This document shows positions 58,872 to 64,000 of a stretch of 64,000 nucleotides of DNA, piece by piece. The position numbers and the translations under genes are program-made. Within the stretch, counting starts at the first letter, position 1; the number at the start of each line of letters is the position of its first letter. Origin of the DNA: an uncultured archaeon (lineage in GTDB: Archaea; Iainarchaeota; Iainarchaeia; Iainarchaeales; JAAZKV01); assembly GCA_964583285.1 (NCBI GenBank), contig CAZOVD010000001.1:22558-86557 (forward strand), given 5' to 3'. The notes below the pieces were generated by a model. That model worked only from the letters and a program-made list of their open reading frames with translations, had not been told where the DNA came from and searched no databases.

Positions 58872-60083
58872 TTAGTTCTCATTTGGTTTAATTAAAAGAT
58901 TTTCTGTTTTTTCAAGCTCGTTTTCTGCTAAAAGAGAAAATACTCTTCTTGTTTCAAAATTTTCTATTTTTGCCTCTTCAACATTTTTTTCTAAAATATC
59001 AATCCCAAATTCAATTATCCCTTTTTTTGTTTTTTGCATTTCTTTTAAGGAATCTATTTTTCGCTTAAAATCTTCAACTAAAAAATCTTTTGAAATTGAA
59101 AAGATTGCTTTATCAGCTGGCAAGTCAAAATTAATATCTTTTTGAGAAAATCCTTTTGCAATAGAACCAACTAACTTAAACCTAATTAATGGTTTTAAAT
59201 TAAAATCTTTAAAGAGAAATTCTTTAATTTTTGATTCAACCTCAATTTTTACTTCTTCTGGTTTTGCATTTTTGAAAGAAATTTTTTGATAAAATAATTT
59301 TCTTTGTTCTTTAAATGGAAAAAAATCTAAATTTTTTGAATTTGTGTCAAAAATAAAAATACCTTTTTCTCTTTCTGCTTCAAGTCTTTTCATTTGTGTA
59401 AAAATTGTTGAACCAGTTAATAAAAATCTTTTATCATCAAATTTTTGTTCATCTTTCCAATGCAAATGTCCATTAATAATTAAATCAAAACCATTAGGTA
59501 AATCATTTAATGATAATGAAGCAATTGCATCATCATCAAATGGCAAAAATTCTTTAAATGATTGATGAAATAAAATAATATTACTAAAATTCTCTATTGG
59601 TTTTGGATTGTACTTTTCAAGAAGAGCTTTTGCATGTTTTTCTGGAACACCACTCATGCCGTGTATGTAAACTTTTTCATTATTTTTTTTAAGTTCAACA
59701 TGACCAATATGAATGTGACACAAAGCATTTGCCTCTTCTAAAATATCAAGTGCATTAGTAAAATCGCGCCCTCTAAATTCATGTGTACCATGAATTGCAA
59801 TTATTGGAATACCTTGAACTTTAACTTCAACTGAATCTTTTAAAAAAGGGAATTTTTTTATTGTTGAAAAACTGCCATTATTTTTATTAAAACATTCAAA
59901 AGATTTATGCCAAACTTCTTGGGTTGGTACTGCGTGATCAAATAAGTCACCAGCATGTAAAATAAAATCAACATTTAATTCATGAAACATTTCTATTGCT
60001 TCTTTAACTCTACTAAACGCTTCTAAATAACGCTCATCACTACCAAAGCCTAGGTGAGTATCTGAAAATATTCCTATTTTCAT
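58872..60083 (-). CDS. mre11: Mre11/SbcD nuclease
   Basis: SDTHLG, AGDLFD, HGTHE, FHQ, GHLH metallophosphoesterase motifs. Confidence 0.88.
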   Translation of the reverse strand: MKIGIFSDTHLGFGSDERYLEAFSRVKEAIEMFHELNVDFILHAGDLFDHAVPTQEVWHKSFECFNKNNGSFSTIKKFPFLKDSVEVKVQGIPIIAIHGTHEFRGRDFTNALDILEEANALCHIHIGHVELKKNNEKVYIHGMSGVPEKHAKALLEKYNPKPIENFSNIILFHQSFKEFLPFDDDAIASLSLNDLPNGFDLIINGHLHWKDEQKFDDKRFLLTGSTIFTQMKRLEAEREKGIFIFDTNSKNLDFFPFKEQRKLFYQKISFKNAKPEEVKIEVESKIKEFLFKDFNLKPLIRFKLVGSIAKGFSQKDINFDLPADKAIFSISKDFLVEDFKRKIDSLKEMQKTKKGIIEFGIDILEKNVEEAKIENFETRRVFSLLAENELEKTENLLIKPNEN

Positions 60084-60174
60084 AGAATAATTTTGTTAGA
60101 AAAGTGTTTTATATTATTTAGTAAGTTTGCTGCCGCTAACATAAATTAAAAAATGATTTATTTACAATTCTTAT

Positions 60175-60597
60175 ATGAAAATACTTGCTTTTGGGACTTT
60201 TGACATATTACACATAGGACATTTAAATTATTTAAAACAAGCAAAAGAATTGCACAAAGCTGCTAAATTACATGTTATTATTTCAAGAGATATTAATGCT
60301 GAAAAAATAAAAGGGAAAAAACTTATACATAATGAAGATGAACGACTTGAAATAATAAAAAATATAAAATTTGTTGACTATGCCACTCTTGGCGAAAAAG
60401 AAGATATTTTTAAATCTGTGAAAAAAATTAAGCCAGATATTGTGGTTTTAGGATATGACCAGCTTCCAAGTAATGAAATTTTAAAACAAAAATTTATTGA
60501 AAATAATATTAATGCAACTATTGTTCGAGCAAAACCATTTAATGAACATAAATCAAAATCATCAAAAATAAGGGAATCTTTATTTTTAGTTGAATAA
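60175..60597 (+). CDS. ribL: FAD synthetase / cytidylyltransferase-like nucleotidyltransferase
   Basis: GTFDILHIGH, SRD, KPDIVVLGYDQ, SSKI. Confidence 0.8.
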   Translation: MKILAFGTFDILHIGHLNYLKQAKELHKAAKLHVIISRDINAEKIKGKKLIHNEDERLEIIKNIKFVDYATLGEKEDIFKSVKKIKPDIVVLGYDQLPSNEILKQKFIENNINATIVRAKPFNEHKSKSSKIRESLFLVE

Positions 60598-60780
60598 TGT
60601 ACGAATTGATTTTAATCAAGATTCTGTATTTATTTTTATGCAAAAATAGGTTCTTTTTTTAAATGTCCTGTTTCGCCATGACTAGACGATTCACTCTTTG
60701 TGCTATTTACAATACCACTTAGTGGTTTTAATAACAAAAGGTTCTTTTTTAAATAAAATGGAATTTAATTTTTTAAATGT

Positions 60781-60834
60781 GGTGTTGAGCCAAAGGCGAA
60801 GACAGCACCCAAATGCCGCCTGGCTGAGGCAGGC
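60781..60834 (+). ncRNA. GC-rich structured element abutting the tRNA-Cys 5' end
   Basis: GGTGTTG/CAGCACC stem enclosing A-GCC-AAA-GGC-GAAGA; second hairpin GCCGCCT/AGGCAGGC. Confidence 0.5.
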
Positions 60835-60905
60835 GCAGGGGTGGCAGAACGGTTATGCACTCCCCTGCAGAGGGAGTGAAGAGGGTTCGACTCCCTTCCC
60901 TTGCT
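60835..60905 (+). tRNA. tRNA-Cys(GCA), no intron, CCA not encoded
   Basis: Acceptor GCAGGGG/CCCTTGC, anticodon arm CTCCC-CTGCAGA-GGGAG, T arm GAGGG-TTCGACT-CCCTT, U73 discriminator, T-tract after. Confidence 0.96.
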
Positions 60906-60978
60906 TTTTTAAATCTTTTTAACTTCAGACACCTTTTTAAAGTTTAAATAAATTATTAATTTACTGAGTGAAAAAATA

Positions 60979-62187
60979 ATGCGATTAATAATGGTGAGTC
61001 GACACTGGTATGAATACAGTGTTGGTGGAACTGAAACATATATAAAAAATTTTTTAAGAACAGCAAAACCTATTTTTGAAAAAATTATAATAGTAATACC
61101 TAGTAAATCAAATAGAAAATCAATAGAAAAATATGATAATGTGGAAATTCATAAAGTGCCGTTTATTCCAATTGTTGGAACACAAAAAAAGCCAACTCAA
61201 AAAAAATCAATTAAACTTTTTGAATATCTAGACTCTTTAATAAAAAAAGAGAATATTGATATTATTGAAAACCAATCAATTTCACCAGTGCCTTCTTTGT
61301 TTTTTTCTGTTTTTATGGCAGGAATGAAAAATAAAATACCAGTAATTGAAAGAATACATGCAACACCTAATAATCCAACATGGAATTCAATACTAAGCGA
61401 TATTGGTTTTTCAAAAATTCTTTGTGTTAGTAAATACCTTTCTGAATACATTTATAGAATTGGAGTATTTTCAAAAAAGCTTAAAACAGTTTATCCTGGA
61501 ATTAATACTTCAAAATTTAAAAAACATAGTAAAAATTTTAGAAAGGAACTTGGTTTTAAAAATAACGACATAGTTATACTCCATGCATCAAGAATTGCAA
61601 CACTTAAAACGGATAAAAATGAAACTATTGAACAAAAAGGAATTACAACTTTATTAAAAGCATTTTCAATATCCGCAGAAGATGAACCACATTTAAAATT
61701 AATGATAGCTGCTGCTGTTCCATTTGAAGAAAATATGAAATATTATGAGTCTGCTGTTAAAAAAATAAATAATTATTCAGAAATATATGGAATTAAAGAA
61801 AAGGTAAAAATTATTCCAGTAAAATATGATGACATGGATAAGGCATACAATACTTGTGATATTTTTGCAATGCTTTCAAAAGAAGAAACATTTGGACTAG
61901 TTTATGCAGAAGCAATGTCTTGTGAGAAGGCAGTTATTGCAAGTTCTGTTTGTGCAATGCCTGAATTAATTTCAAACAATGAAACAGGTTATTTAGTTTC
62001 TCCAAAAGACCCTGTTGAAATTTCAAAAAGAATTAATTGGTTAGTTGATGATAAAGAAAAACGTGATTATTTTGGGAAAAATGGTAGACTAAGAGTTATT
62101 GAAAAGTTTGAAGAAAATAAAATAACAAATGAATTAAAAGAAGCGTATATTGAAATAATAAAAGAATATAAAAAGAAGAATAATTAG
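60979..62187 (+). CDS. Glycosyltransferase family 4 (GT-B)
   Basis: GGTE, VSKY, YPGIN, QKG, ETFGLVYAEAMSC. Confidence 0.92.
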   Translation: MRLIMVSRHWYEYSVGGTETYIKNFLRTAKPIFEKIIIVIPSKSNRKSIEKYDNVEIHKVPFIPIVGTQKKPTQKKSIKLFEYLDSLIKKENIDIIENQSISPVPSLFFSVFMAGMKNKIPVIERIHATPNNPTWNSILSDIGFSKILCVSKYLSEYIYRIGVFSKKLKTVYPGINTSKFKKHSKNFRKELGFKNNDIVILHASRIATLKTDKNETIEQKGITTLLKAFSISAEDEPHLKLMIAAAVPFEENMKYYESAVKKINNYSEIYGIKEKVKIIPVKYDDMDKAYNTCDIFAMLSKEETFGLVYAEAMSCEKAVIASSVCAMPELISNNETGYLVSPKDPVEISKRINWLVDDKEKRDYFGKNGRLRVIEKFEENKITNELKEAYIEIIKEYKKKNN

Positions 62188-62240
62188 TACAAACATATCT
62201 GAACCAATTTTGATTTAAAAACAAAATAAAAAACTATTTC

Positions 62241-64000
62241 ATGTGTGGAATAATTGGTTATATTGGAAATAAAAAAGCTCTACCAATTTTAATAAGCACT
62301 TTAGAAAAATTAGAATACCGCGGGTATGATAGTAGTGGCGTTTGCTTAAAAGAAAAAGAATTAAAAATAATTAAAGAAGTTGGAAAAATAAATCAATTAA
62401 AAAAAAGAGTAATAAAAATAAAAAGCAATTCAAAAATTGGAATAGGGCACAGTAGGTGGGCAACACATGGAAAAGTCACTAAATTAAATGCTCACCCACA
62501 TTTTGACGAAAAAAAAGAAATAGCCATTGTTCATAACGGAATTATAGAAAATTATTTAGAACTCAAAAAAATGCTTAAAAAAAATAATATTAAATTCTAT
62601 TCAGAAACTGACTCTGAAATAATTGCAAAATTAATAAAATTTTATTATAAAAATAATTTAGAAGACGCAGTTAGAAAAATAGTTTTAAAATTAAAAGGAA
62701 AATATTCAATTTTAGCCATATCTAAAAAAGAGAATAAAATAATTGGTGTGAAAAATGGCTCGCCTTTAATAATTGGAAAAACTCCTAATGAAAATTTTAT
62801 TTGTTCAGATGCTAATGCAATAAATGATAAAACCAAAAATATTATTTACTTAGACAATAAAGAAATTGCAATTTTGGGAGAGAAAATAAGAATAACTGAT
62901 TTTAATGGAAAAATTATTAAAAAAAATATTTCAAAAATAGAAATTAATGATAATAATCAAAACAAAAGTAAATTTAAAACTTATATGGAAAAAGAGATTT
63001 TTGATCAAAAAATTTCAATTAATAATTTTGTTAAAAAAAATTTAAAAAATAAAGAAATAAACTTAAATTTTAAAAATAAACTAAAAAAACCTAATAAAAT
63101 AATAATTATTGGATGTGGAACTAGTTATAATTCTGGTTTAATTGGAAAACATTTTTTTGAAAAAATAAATAAAATAGATACCGATGTTGAGTTTGGATCC
63201 GAATTTAAATATGAAAACAAACTTATTCAAAAAAATGATTTAGTAATTGGCATTAGTCAATCTGGAGAAACCATTGATACTATTGATGCATTAATAAATG
63301 CAAAAAAAAGAAAAGCAAAAACAATAGCAATAACTAATGTAAAAAATTCTAGCATTACAAAAATTGTTGATGAATGTATTTATCTTAATGCAGGAATAGA
63401 AATTAGTGTGGCTAGCACAAAAGCATTCACTTCCCAAATAACTGCTTTGTTATTTATTTCTTTATATTTAAATAATAATAAAAAATTTAAAAAAATAATT
63501 CTAAAAGAGTTATTTAACTTAGATAAAAAAATTATTAGAGTATTAAAAATGAAAAATGAAATAAAAAGAATTGTTAGAAAATTTAAAAAATATAAGAATT
63601 TTATTTATATTGCAAAAGGAATAGATTATCCAATAGCACTTGAAGGTGCACTTAAATTAAAAGAAATTTCTTATGTTAATGCACAAGGAATTGTTTCTGG
63701 GGAATTAAAACATGGATCTATCGCAATAATAGACAAAAAAACACTCACTATTGCTATTGGTTCAAAACAAAGTAATATAGAAAAAATTTCAAATAGTACT
63801 GCAGAAATATTATCTAGACAGGGAGATGTTTTAGTAATTAGTAATTTAAAACTCAAAGAAAATCAAATAATTTTACCAAAAACTAGTGAATTTTTACAAC
63901 CAATAATAAATATAATACCACTTCAACTAATGGCGCTTTATTTTAGTGAGTTAAAAGGTTTTGATGTTGATAAACCAAGAAATTTAGCAAAATCAGTAAC
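62241..64000 (+). CDS. glmS: Glutamine-fructose-6-phosphate aminotransferase (stop just beyond the window)
   Basis: MCGIIGY, LEYRGYDSSG, GHSRWATHG, HNGIIEN, SQSGET, KPRNLAKSV in frame at the window end. Confidence 0.96.
   Translation, partial: MCGIIGYIGNKKALPILISTLEKLEYRGYDSSGVCLKEKELKIIKEVGKINQLKKRVIKIKSNSKIGIGHSRWATHGKVTKLNAHPHFDEKKEIAIVHNGIIENYLELKKMLKKNNIKFYSETDSEIIAKLIKFYYKNNLEDAVRKIVLKLKGKYSILAISKKENKIIGVKNGSPLIIGKTPNENFICSDANAINDKTKNIIYLDNKEIAILGEKIRITDFNGKIIKKNISKIEINDNNQNKSKFKTYMEKEIFDQKISINNFVKKNLKNKEINLNFKNKLKKPNKIIIIGCGTSYNSGLIGKHFFEKINKIDTDVEFGSEFKYENKLIQKNDLVIGISQSGETIDTIDALINAKKRKAKTIAITNVKNSSITKIVDECIYLNAGIEISVASTKAFTSQITALLFISLYLNNNKKFKKIILKELFNLDKKIIRVLKMKNEIKRIVRKFKKYKNFIYIAKGIDYPIALEGALKLKEISYVNAQGIVSGELKHGSIAIIDKKTLTIAIGSKQSNIEKISNSTAEILSRQGDVLVISNLKLKENQIILPKTSEFLQPIINIIPLQLMALYFSELKGFDVDKPRNLAKSV

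Noticed and set aside
60781..60809. Archaeal SECIS element
   Set aside because: The GAA/A loop is in reverse order relative to the consensus, and no Sec-type gene is adjacent.
60698..60922. 74-aa ORF across the tRNA region
   Set aside because: Overlaps a canonical tRNA-Cys; TTG start and no protein features.
62188..62240. glmS ribozyme upstream of glmS
   Set aside because: The gap is only ~53 nt, AT-rich, with no ribozyme core.
929..63856. Many 60-150 aa ORFs antisense to or nested in real genes (e.g. 929..1162, 17343..17795, 36687..37139, 49672..50073, 62645..62836)
   Set aside because: Shadow frames of well-supported genes, Phe/Leu/Ser-rich with no motifs.
1..64000. CRISPR array, transposase, integrase or provirus
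   Set aside because: No regularly spaced repeats and no recognisable Cas, transposase, recombinase catalytic domain or viral genes.

Overview
Very AT-rich archaeal chromosomal segment. The gene set and style point to a DPANN archaeon, possibly Diapherotrites/Iainarchaeota (inference, not tested). Housekeeping content: five aminoacyl-tRNA synthetases (Met, Leu, class I Lys, Trp, Ser); the conserved exosome/proteasome/RNase P/prefoldin superoperon (33.3-40.9 kb); MinD-Lsm cluster; aIF5A; MCM; aIF2beta; the aIF1A-RIO1-Dim2-TopoVI cluster; Mre11; tRNA-Cys; a partial glmS. Metabolic and accessory content: form II/III RuBisCO, 2-oxoacid:ferredoxin oxidoreductase, trpBA-trpS, two toxin-antitoxin modules flanking leuS, and an island with wHTH, PdaD, FIST, two GGR-like flavoproteins, roadblock and KaiC. 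The most interesting signals are non-coding. (1) A ~150-nt minus-strand structured RNA candidate at 32699-32845 with stacked hairpins, G-U pairs and pseudoknots. It lies head-to-head with a resolvase-type HTH gene, and its terminal motif AAACACAC-N5-CTNGGACA recurs upstream of mcm. (2) An attenuator-like Trp leader peptide (MKKFVWSL) with mutually exclusive hairpins before trpBA-trpS. (3) A shared palindromic operator ATCAACT-N4-AGTTGAT in front of two unannotated micro-ORFs. (4) A GC-rich two-hairpin element fused to the 5' end of tRNA-Cys. All protein calls are from motif recognition by eye; no database search was run.
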